DNA of 64,000 nucleotides, from the NCBI GenBank assembly GCA_964016885.1, contig OZ024742.1:283898001-283962000 (forward strand). Reading direction: 5' to 3'. The translations under genes were made by a program, and so were the position numbers. Every line of letters begins with the position of its first letter. The stretch's first letter is position 1. The stretch comes from Eledone cirrhosa (Eukaryota). Below are positions 36,229 through 47,020 of this stretch, piece by piece. The notes under the pieces are model-generated. The model saw only the letters and a list, made by a program, of their open reading frames with translations, was not told the origin of the DNA and did no database searches.

Positions 36229-36488
36229 ACTAAAGGTGGAAAACTGGGAGAGGGCACTTGCCTTGGTGGTCAGGGTCATTGTGGCTTTTTACTGGGCTTT
36301 CTCCACAAATGTCCCTCCGAAGTCTCCCCCCTATTGGGGAATTTTTCATTGTTATTTTCATTGTTATTTTTGTTACATCCTCTGTTTTTGTTTTTTTACA
36401 CGCAGAAATGCCCATTTGTACCGTCCTGCATTGTCCTGCACTGTCCTTAATGTCTACTTTATGTAAACCCTTGTGGTTAATAAAGAAA

Positions 36489-36541
<53 letters not shown>

Positions 36542-36759
36542 TCCCTTTAAATTGCTGGCCTTATGCCAAATGTAGAAGCCATTGTTAGGGTCCTATTTGC
36601 AGTATCAACAGAGCGTCAAACAACATTCTTTGCGACGTATAGTTATGTCCTTTTTACATTCTGAGTTCAAATCATGCCGGGGTTAGCTTTGACGTACATT
36701 CTTACGGGGTCGATGAAATAAAGTATCAGTAACGCACTCGGGTCAATTTGGTCGGCTTT

Positions 36760-38305
36760 CTTCATTATCCACAACTTGTATAATTCCCATTTTATGTTGT
36801 CATAATATTCCAGTTCTTCTTCTTGCTCGGCTACTCTGTTGTCTCCAGAACATGCAATAGCTATAATTATATATGTTCTCTCTTTTTTGTTTATACCCAC
36901 AATGTCCAGTTTCTTGTGGAGTACTTCATGGTCGCATTGAACTATGACATCCCATAGAATTTTGTATTTGTCATTTTCAATCGCACTTTCTGCGGTGTGC
37001 CCATACTTAGCCTCTGTTCTCTACAATTTGTACTTGCCCTGCAGTTAACTCATATTTAGCCTCTGCTCTCTACCTTTTGTACTTGCCCTGCGAAATCGTC
37101 GTGTCGCCTTTTATATTCTTTCTGCGCCAGCTTCGTGCACTCACTAACAATATTCCCCACTGTTTCTCTTTTTTCACAACACATCCTGCACTTATCTCTA
37201 TCGGTTGTATTATCTATTTTACATTTCACATGGTTTGTCCTGAGTGCTTGCTCCTGTGCTGCACAAATCAGTGCTTAATTTCTGCGTTCACGTCACTCTT
37301 TGTCAGCCACTTCCATCTCCCATTTACACTGGTTTTCTTCTGTCCACATCTCTTGCAAATTGACCATGCATCTCCTTTTCTTTCCATCTACTTTCATGAT
37401 CTTCACTCCTTTTGAATTCCCCCTTTTTCCACACTATAAAATATGCCAATTATATCACACATTTTAACCCCAATCAGGAGTGGTTCTGTTGCATGCTTTA
37501 CATACCGTTTTCCTGTGAGCTCTCACAACCTTCACAGCTTATCAGTCCTTTTCCACCTTTTTGTCTCGATACGTATAGCCTATGAACATTGATTTTTGGA
37601 TAAAATGCATCATGCAGTGAAGAGTTTTCCCATCCTCGTGTCCAGCAATTGCAATTTCTCCTTCCGCCAATTAAGAACATCAGCACCATATCTCGATAAC
37701 TCAATCGCTCAAGTATAAAGCGCTTGAAACTTGTCCTGCTTATTCAGTTTTGATTGCAGCGCTGGCTTTAGTCTTCGAACATTCTCTTAGGTAAAACGTT
37801 TTTGTTTCTACCTCCATGAGCTTGTCTATCTCAACTCTGCCGAAGCATTTATATCAATTCGCTTCTACTTGCCTCATTGCTTCTCTTGAAGGAAATTCTA
37901 TACCTTCCATGTTATGTACTTTTCCTCTTTTCAAGACCAATATTACACACTTTTTTAGTCCAATTCTATTCTGATGTCAGCACCGAGGCAATGAATTGTT
38001 TTCACCAAGGAACATCTTTACCGTACAGCTTTAAATCATCTATAAATAATAAATGGTTGATCCTCTGCTGTTTTCCTTTAAATTCATACCCAGCCTTTGC
38101 TCTTCTATTAGGGGAATCATGCACAATGCAAACGACAAGAGAGACATTCTGTCGCCTTGAAATATTTCTCTCTTGATCCTCAGCACTCCCAGTTTCTGTC
38201 TATATGACATGAACTCAGTTTGCCAGCTTTTCATGCTTTTTCTCAGAAAACTCTCCACGTTCCTCGCTATTTCAAACATGTTCAGGTATTCTGTGATTCA
38301 CAAAT
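36760..38305 (-). mobile_element. Old degenerate R4-like non-LTR retrotransposon (RT + endonuclease remnants)
   Basis: IFQGDRMSLLSFALCMIPL, YKLY/DDL-like RT region, HPK-like INVHRLYVSRQKGGKGL, KILWD...IIAIAC. Many stops. Confidence 0.7.
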
Positions 38306-38564
38306 GGAATATGTTGATGTTTAGAGTTATATGTGTGCATGTGCATATGTTTCGTATCTGTACATGTGTATACGCAGATATTACATGCAGAATTTTTGGA
38401 ATGCTTTACATATTTTTACAGTTCCATTAATGGATTGTACTTGTATAAATATGTATGTACTTGTATATATATGTATGTACTTGTATATATATATGTATGT
38501 ACGTACGTATGTATGTATGTATTTGTGTATTTATGTATGTATATATTTTCTAATTTTTATCCAG

Positions 38565-38771
38565 GTGAAATGTTACAATGGTATTAAGACAATGGACCCA
38601 AAGTTCCACCTGAACTATACAGAAAATACATTGGGCCTCGCCATTATTGCAGCACCAGATATGTTCGAAAAAGCACTGAAACCTTTTATCTGTGCAACGG
38701 ATATTGACGTTCTTCTCAAGAACAATCCAACTGAAGAATGTAACAACTACTACCTGAAGAAATTCTTTGAT
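38565..38771 (+). CDS. MMACHC: MMACHC-like coding exon 2 (VKCYNG...PDMFEKALKPF...KKFFD)
   Basis: Polypyrimidine tract and CAG acceptor, GTAAGT donor, 207 nt, phase 0. Matches the FHL...TL...P.MFD/E.ALKPF motif. Confidence 0.88.
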
Positions 38772-38868
38772 GTAAGTCTTGAAATATTTCCTATCACTTA
38801 GGCGCGGGTAAGACTATGTGGTAGACGGAAACTGATGATGTCGACGTGTTTATATATATATGTGTGTT

Positions 38869-39817
38869 ATCTCTTTCTCTTAATTTCGAGTATATTTTTT
38901 TTGACCGGCCACCTTCCTGGTGGCAAGGTTGTAAAAGAAAAGAAATTGTCATCCCTTGAATCGCAAGAATGTTTTGCAAATTTTGAAGGTGCCAGTTATC
39001 GCAGCCATTTGTAGACCATGAATTAGGGAGCTGCGCTCTTTGTCCGCAAATCCAAGTTCAGTCATACTTTGGTCCAAGCGGGTTGGTATATAACCCGTAG
39101 CTCCAATAATGATGGGTATGAAGCTAAAGGTGTATCTTGGATACTGGATTTGTAAACTCCTCATCAATGATCCGTAGATGTCCTCCTCCTGTATTTTTCT
39201 GACAACGTTTACCACAAGTGGGCAGCTGATCTCCACAACAGAACACGTTTTCAATGTGTGGTCCCAAACAACAATATCAGGCCGGTTGTGCTTTAATTTG
39301 GTGGTAGTTTTTATTTTCAGGTTCCACCAGTATTCCTTAGTGCCATCTGCCTCAATATATTCTTCCTCGTTTGTTGTTAATTTTGTTTTCCGAAGTGCGT
39401 TCCAGATGGTTCTAGCTATCCCATCGTGTCTCATGGGGAGGTAGTAGCGAGATGACATTCTTTCGCAGCTGGCAACAATGTGGCTTACATCCTCGATCTT
39501 TTTTTTTACATAGCCTACATTTACTGTCAGCTGCTGGCCCTCCCCTTTTGTGCAGCAGATATTTGGTAGAGAGTTCTTGTTCCTGTATTGCATAGAGATA
39601 TCCCTCAAGGTGTGATGTCATAAACTTGTCGGAACTCCATGCCAGGCTTTTTGAATGGTTTATCCCCTCTATGGTCTGTGTTTTATGTCTCAAGTATCCA
39701 TGCACAACTTTTTCTGTAAATTGGTCAATTTTTTCATCTTGTTTGAACATTGAATAGGATCTTCCGATTTCTCTGGGTGAGAGATTTATATCAGGCTTTA
39801 TTCCATATCTCTCCTCC
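38869..39817 (-). mobile_element. 5'-truncated R4/Dong-like element, copy 2 (frameshifted)
   Basis: Near-identical to 20936-21888. The 5' junction abuts (TATG)n at 39819-39906. Confidence 0.88.
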
Positions 39818-39848
<31 letters not shown>

Positions 39849-39906
39849 TGTATGTATGTATGTATGTATGTATGTATGTATGTATGTATGTATGTATGTA
39901 TGTATG

Positions 39907-40522
39907 TCAGGTCACCAGTTGGTGCTATTGGTAACACGTATCCCAGTACAACCTGTCTCATGGTCGGGTCGTTGGCGACTAAACTGGTAACCCCACCAAG
40001 GCTTCTTGGTGAGGAGGGTGACTTTGGACATCCTGCAGGACTAAAAACAAAACCTGTCAAAGGGCAAAGATGCTCTTAAGAGTCAATGGCCATCCTAAAT
40101 CACCGGGAGAGATGACCTCTTAGCCTTTGTCAAGGCAGAATTCTAGGAGAAGGAAAACTCTGATATAACACCTGCAACCCTGATGGTATCCAATGATGTT
40201 GACTTGTTCTTCTTTTTGGTAAATATCATCTGGGTTAAGAGAGTGGGACTGGCTTTGTGCAGTGCCTTTGCTCACTATAAAAGCTTCACGGCACAGCCAT
40301 TGCTTTATATCTGGAGATCTCTCTGCACTTCTCGTCACATGGTACCATGGGCCCAGCACTGTGTCAATAATTGTCACAAGTGTAGTGTTTGTACCAGATT
40401 TTTCAAGTCGCTGGCTGGACTAAAAATCACACTCGTTCAGCGCATCGGTAGGGGTTCTCCTACATGGATATAAAGTAGTGGCCGTACTCGAAAACGAGTT
40501 GGCAGCCACCATGTATGTATGT
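39907..40522 (+). mobile_element. Short internally deleted RTE-like element (5' UTR + 3' end), flanked by (TATG)n
   Basis: 3' part encodes a C2H2-like remnant CSVCTRFFKSLAGLK..H..AH*, followed by the hairpin CTCG-AAAA-CGAG and an ATGT tail. The 5' part is structured and UTR-like. Confidence 0.55.
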
Positions 40523-40819
40523 ACATACATATAAAAACGAGGACATCATCAGTTTCCATCTACCACATAGTCGGGTCACTCTTGAGTGCTGTATGTATGT
40601 ATGAATGTATATATAAATCGTTGCGTTGGTTCATGTGGCTGGGTCGCCGGTCGCAGTCTTCAATTTGTCAAGCTTTCTAACGTATGTTATTTACTCTAAG
40701 GTCACAACCTTATCGAGTGCTTTGCTGCACATTCCTGATTGTATATCATTAGCTTGGCCACAGCCAAAACTTCAATTTTACTGAACTTCCATTTATATGC
40801 ATACATATATATATATACG

Positions 40820-41500
40820 GCTAATAAATTTAAGGAACGTTGATACAATCACTGCCACACCTTTAGGAGAGTGGATAAGAAAAACAGCACCACCCTCTCC
40901 GAACTGGTGTGGCGTCTCAAACATGACAACATGGGATACACCTCGTCGTGGTTCAAGGTTGGCTCAGCGCAACCCTACAGAGGAGGTGGACATGACTCAT
41001 GCAATCTATGTGTCACCGAGATTATGGAGATAATCGAGAGGGGAACACGGGTTATCAATAAAAGGAGTAACCTGTTCAGCACCTGCCACCACAGATTAAC
41101 TGGAACCTTCTTCTGACTGAATGGATTAACAACATAATTGTACTGATTGAGGGCCAGTGCAAAGCTTGACCGTGGGAGCCGGACGTGGCCACGCAACGAC
41201 CCCAGCGTCAGTCGAACCCTGGATAGCTTCTATGCACACCTGGAATCTTTGAGGGTCCGTGTTTAACATCCCTTTGTTCCTTGTTCCTTGTTCTCCGTAT
41301 GTATACCTACTGTTGTATTTATGTATAATCTTTGTTCCGTTTGTTCTTATGTTTTCTATATGTTGCCTGAATTTATATCTATATGTTTTTCTATTTCTAT
41401 TTTCTCTTCTTACAACTCACTTCCAAAGTCTAGCAGCCCTTTTTGATAGTATTAATGCCATTGTACTTACAACTGACTGCTATTGTGATTAGTTATTTTC
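40820..41500 (+). mobile_element. Penelope-like GIY-YIG C-terminal fragment and 3' region
   Basis: TTLSELVWRLK...AQPY...CNLCVTEIMEI...INKRSNLFSTCHH. Confidence 0.75.
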
Positions 41501-41599
41501 TGCACTGTGATTATTGCTGGCCTTATGCCTTAAGGTGGAAGCGAGGATTGTCATGATTATTATGTTAGTAATGTAAGAATTTGTTGTCAGCGACCCACA

Positions 41600-42150
41600 C
41601 CACCAGGCCTTTTGTTGCTGCCGTTGCCATGGTGGGTTCATTACTGGTGTTGTCATTATTGTTAGTGTTGCCGCTGTCTGACTCTCGGGTAGTGTATACT
41701 CGCTGACATTAACTGGGTACTAATACCATTGATACCACCACCACTTCTGTGACGACCGGTGTGGGCGATGGGCGGTGTTACTGTTGTTGCCGTTATTATT
41801 GTTGTTGTCGTTGTGGTCTTGGGGAAAGATGCTATCAAGTCTGTGTATCGCCCTACCTCAGAGTTCCGTTTATTGCTGTGACTGTTGTTATCGTTGTTGT
41901 TGTCAGCGGAGTGGTACTGTCACTACGACTGTTGCGGCCAATGTAGGCGACGTTGGTCGGTGTTTGCTGTTGTTGTCGTTGTTGTTGTTGTTGCTGCTGC
42001 TGCAGTTGTTGTTGTAGCTGTTTACTGTAGCTGTTGTTATCGTTGTTGTTGTCAGCGGGGGCGTACTATCACTACGACTACTACGGCCAATGTAGGTGAC
42101 GTTGGTCGGTGTTTGCAGTTGTTGTTGTCGTTGTTGCTGCTGCTGTTGTC
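41600..42150. repeat. (GTT)n-rich low-complexity region with a ~150-bp duplication
   Basis: TGTTGTCAGCGG...GCCAATGTAGG..GACGTTGGTCGGTGTTTGC occurs twice (~41898 and ~42047). Confidence 0.8.
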
Positions 42151-42577
42151 TTGAATGTGGCTGTCAATAAAATATACACCCCACCTTCCCTCAGAGTTCC
42201 ATGTATTGCTTCCACTATCTACTGGGCTCTGGCTACGCATAGATTTTCGTTTGATACAGATCAACACAGCATACTTGAGAGGTTACCTCTCCGCTGATTT
42301 ACGACCTGTGGGAGATGCGTGAATTCTGATTTCACTAATTGATACATTGATAGCACCTTACTCCACTAAACACGGCGACTGGGAGGCCCTTTCAGGAACT
42401 TATGTCTGCTGCACACACGAGCAGAAGGACGTGTGCTTTTTCCTGCCGGCAGCATATCAGTAATTCGCATTACATCTGAGGATACCGTTCTCATAACAAC
42501 AACAAATGCATAAATGCATGAAAGATTTCTTGATTGTATGGGAGAACCGTTGAAATATATATATATATATATACATA

Positions 42578-42616
<39 letters not shown>

Positions 42617-42709
42617 CTCTGATTTATCCAAATTATTGAGCCCTCTGCCACACATATCGGATATTGTTATCGTTAATTCGTAAGCTGTTTTTCCGATTCT
42701 CGATTATTC

Positions 42710-42746
<37 letters not shown>

Positions 42747-42944
42747 GGCGTAGGACCCCGACGGCTGAGCTCAAGCCGTTTCGACGGCTAATTCTGGACT
42801 ACCGTCGAAACGGCTTGAGCTCAGCCGTCAGGGTCCTACTCGTTCCTATTACCCACTCTACTACCCTAAGTATTGAGTACTTTGGTGCGTTATGGTCCAC
42901 CTTGTTCCTTACCACATTTCCTTAGTTATATATATATATATATA

Positions 42945-43555
<611 letters not shown>

Positions 43556-43869
43556 AATTGAAAACAAAACGAGGTTTCACATTAAGTTGCAAAGTGTTTT
43601 GTGGTCGATCAGCAGTCAGCCATGCTTACCACTCTCCTCTCTCCACCCCACCGATGTTCTCCAAGGGAAAGCAAGAGGCCGATACAGCTTGGCACCTGTG
43701 ACGTCGCAACTCATCGACACACACACATAGACACACACACAGACATATGCACGCGCACGCACATATATGATATTACAGAAGAAGAAAATCTCTCCAACGT
43801 TGTGACGCTTGAGTCCAACAGCAGACCTACAATCTTTGTCACAAAACTGACATGAATACCCCGCAGGCC

Positions 43870-44350
43870 TTTCAGGGAGGACATCAGCTTAATCGACCCT
43901 ACACAGCTGTTTGCTGTGAGCTCTTAAACGACCGACAAGTCCAGTACAAAAAAAAAGAACAACCGTTCCACAAATGTCATAGACATGCTCACATCGGATA
44001 TCCTCCAGGACTGAGTCTACATCATCTTTCCTAAGAGATCTTTTAAACACTGAATGCTCAATCCCTTTCACCTCAAAGCGAATACAACCATCATAAGCCA
44101 GCCCTCTCCAGCCAGATATGCTCTCTGTCTTATCTTGCCAATCCTCGACACTAATACCAAGAGGTATTGATGGCATATTCTACATAGATACCTGTTATAT
44201 TGATGGTTGTGACACCAATATACTAAGTTGCCTATGTCATGACTATATGTTACATCGATGTCTGTTACACTGTTGGCAGTTACAGGTAGCTTTTTTTATA
44301 CTAACCTATGTCATAGAGTCGTATGTCACAATCATGTATCCACAAAGGTA
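43870..44350 (-). mobile_element. RTE-like LINE 3' fragment
   Basis: GISVEDWQD...WRGLAYDGCIRFE...DICG...GLVGRLRAH (degenerate C-terminal finger). Confidence 0.55.
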
Positions 44351-44439
44351 GGTTACTCTATATTGCTTTCACTTTCATAAATCTCTCTTCACTTCATCGT
44401 GGATTTGAACTCTTTATTGCTTAAATTCCTTCAATACAG

Positions 44440-44589
44440 AAATACCCTGATTATGATTTCCTGTCAAGTTACGTCATGTTGGGCCCCGGACATCCTGAGA
44501 TTTTGGCACAAACAGCGGCACATATTTCAGGTGCCGCATATTACTACCAGCGCCAAGATGTTCCCAAAGACACCTGGCCTGCAGATAAG
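44440..44589 (+). CDS. MMACHC: MMACHC-like coding exon 3 (KYPDYDF...ILAQTAAHISGAAYYYQRQDV...ADK)
   Basis: Signature ILAQTAAHxxGAAYYYQRQDV. CAG acceptor, GT donor, 150 nt, phase 0. Confidence 0.93.
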
Positions 44590-44742
44590 GTTGGTAAAAT
44601 TAATAAAATAATTTGGCATTCATTTTGTTTATTTTTATCTGTTGATGTTATTGTTGCTGTTGTTGTTGTCATTGCTGTTGTCGTTGTTGTTGTTTTTGTT
44701 GTTGTTGTTGTTGTTGATTGTCCTCTCTTTTAAATATTTCAG

Positions 44743-45075
44743 ACCATTTATGGTGTCGCCATTCATCCACGATATGGAGGCTGGTTTAGAATTCCAGGTG
44801 TTATCATCTTTAAGAACTTTACAGTGGCCGAAGACATCCCTTGCCCGACTCCCGAAGACGTAGTTCCTAGCACCGAGAAGAGAATAGAATTATTGAATGA
44901 ATACAATAATGACGCCCAGAGTTGGAAGTATGCAGACATCATCCCTGTTGAGAAGAAATATTCTCCAGAAGCCAAAGAATACTTCTCTTCATTTGGACCA
45001 AAACGAGACGAAATGGTGAAACGTATAAAAAATGAATGTCCCCACCAAAAACAAGATTCGTGCTGTATGCTTTAG
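44743..45075 (+). CDS. MMACHC: MMACHC-like coding exon 4 (TIYGVAIHPRYGGWF...SCCML*)
   Basis: TTTCAG acceptor; motifs GVxIHPRxGGWF, RIxLL, WxYxD, YSxExKxYFS; TAG at 45073-45075. Confidence 0.93.
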   Translation, partial: TIYGVAIHPRYGGWFRIPGVIIFKNFTVAEDIPCPTPEDVVPSTEKRIELLNEYNNDAQSWKYADIIPVEKKYSPEAKEYFSSFGPKRDEMVKRIKNECPHQKQDSCCML

Positions 45076-45350
45076 ATAATAACTAGTTGATCCCGTAGAA
45101 AAACCACAGAGACGAAATAGTGAAACGTATAAAAAAGGAATGTCCCCACCAAAAACAAGATTGGTGCTGTATGCTTTAGATAATAACTAGTTGACCCCGT
45201 GGAAAAACCACAGAGACGAAATAGTGAAACGTATAAAAAATGAATGTCCCAAAAGGAAACAAGATTTGTGAAATTGCTAAAGGAAACCTCAACAAAGATT
45301 GCTTTATAGTTTAAATAATAACTAGCTGACCTTATGGAAAAAACCACAGT
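45005..45350 (+). repeat. 104-bp tandem triplication spanning the MMACHC stop codon
   Basis: GAGACGAAAT(G/A)GTGAAACGTATAAAAAA at 45005, 45109 and 45213. Confidence 0.92.
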
Positions 45351-45598
45351 CATGTAGCTATAATCACCAGGTCAATGCAACATTTTAAATGTTATATTTA
45401 TAGGTTATACTAGTGCGAACACACTATTTTGAAGATGGTGCTTTGCATTGATGTTGCATTATATATACTTTTAATGTATATGTAGATATGACGCTATATA
45501 TATTTTTTATTATTGCTATGTGATGATTCTTGTTACTCTAATAATCCTGTGAGTACACAGGCGAAACTCCTGAGTGACAAGATTCATCACTTACTCTT

Positions 45599-45604
45599 AA
45601 TAAA
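45599..45604 (+). promoter_or_regulatory. Candidate poly(A) signal of MMACHC
   Basis: AATAAA ~520 nt after the stop codon. Confidence 0.35.
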
Positions 45605-46510
45605 GGAATATTTAACTCAAAATTAGAATGTTGTTGAAGTGTGTAAACATTTTTTGAGACACCCTGTGTGTGTATATATATATATATATATTCTAAGTTA
45701 AGGTATCATAATATATATAATATATGTAATATGTACGATGATTATGTTTCTCAGTAGAAAAGTTTAATGGACTTTTGATCAGAGCATCAATAATTCAAAT
45801 TAAAAGATAAATGTATATATATAGAGAGAAAGAGCCACATATTGTTAGGGAAACATAGTATTTTGAATATATATATATATGAAGCATTTTGTACTTACTA
45901 TTTGTACTTGCCTTGCGGTTTGCCCATACTTAGCCTCTGCTCTCTACAATTTGTACTTGCCCTGCGGCTTTCCATATACTTAGCTTCTGCTCTCTACAAT
46001 TTGCACTTGCTCTGTAGTTTTCCCATACTTGAAAGCAGGCGAGAAGCTTCATATGCAAATGAGATTTGATCCCCTCATTTACACAGACGAGTAAACCATA
46101 TATTTTTGCCTGTTTTGAAGTCCAGCAGTCGCAAGAGTGGGAGGGATCGTCCTGATGTGAACCAGTTAAGTTCGAAATGCATTGATGATTGTCCCCCTTG
46201 CTTCTGATGGTGTCTAGCAGAGGGTTATAGCCCCGGTGTTTTGCATAGTTGCGGCTTTCTAAATGTTTATCCATAAACATAACGTATTTCTTTAGAAATA
46301 CGAAATTTCAATATATATATATACAGATTAGAGCAAAATCACGAGCACTCTATCTCAAAATTATTTTTGAAAAGCATAAGAAATGCGCAACCGGTAAAAA
46401 TTTAAAACTAAAACTGAATACTAACTAATACGTATTACTAATTTATACTTATTCCTAATTAAACTATTTTTCACTGGGAAAAAATTGTCAGCATTTTCTT
46501 TTCCTTTTTA

Positions 46511-46554
<44 letters not shown>

Positions 46555-46557
<3 letters not shown>

Positions 46558-46605
46558 TTCTACAGGACTAGAACTGTTTCATTCTTTAGAAATCATCAGG
46601 AATCT
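46555..46605 (-). ncRNA. Minimal type I hammerhead ribozyme motif (inverted copy)
   Basis: Exact reverse complement of 46787-46837. Confidence 0.7.
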
Positions 46606-46786
46606 GGCTTTCCAAAAATAGGATCCTTTCTGGCTTTGTCACTCTAAATATAAATTATAGCCTTAAAGAATTACCTTTTAATGCATTCCCTTTTCTTTCC
46701 ACCAATGACGTCCACCCATCCCACTCCCCACCCTCTCCTACCATCTGAAAAGATATAAATACCACAACATTTATTTTTGGAAAGCC

Positions 46787-46837
46787 AGATTCCTGATGAT
46801 TTCTAAAGAATGAAACAGTTCTAGTCCTGTAGAATCT
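46787..46837 (+). ncRNA. Minimal type I hammerhead ribozyme motif
   Basis: AGATTC-CTGATGA-tTTCTaaAGAAt-GAAA-CAG-TTCTAGTC-CTG-TA-GAATCT; cleavage triplet GTA. Confidence 0.72.
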
Positions 46838-46922
46838 TATCTATATTAAAACTTTTATACTCTGCTATGTATTGAGTACCTTACTTACTGTGGTTACCTC
46901 CGATTCAACCCGGAATAACTTA

Positions 46923-47020
<98 letters not shown>

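Larger units (their letters stand above)
30465..36540 (+). mobile_element. Full-length Tx1/L1-clade LINE, subfamily A, copy 2 (both ORFs open)
   Basis: Begins immediately after the tail of copy 1 and ends in a long (TTA)n at ~36490-36540. Confidence 0.95.

Noticed and set aside
40420-40510. Minus-strand HDV-like fold starting GGTGGCT
   Set aside because: No room for P3/L3; better explained as the RTE-like 3'-terminal hairpin on the plus strand.
41130-41215. Hammerhead downstream of the Penelope GIY-YIG fragment
   Set aside because: The core is degenerate (CTGATTGA, GCAA); only stem II is evident.
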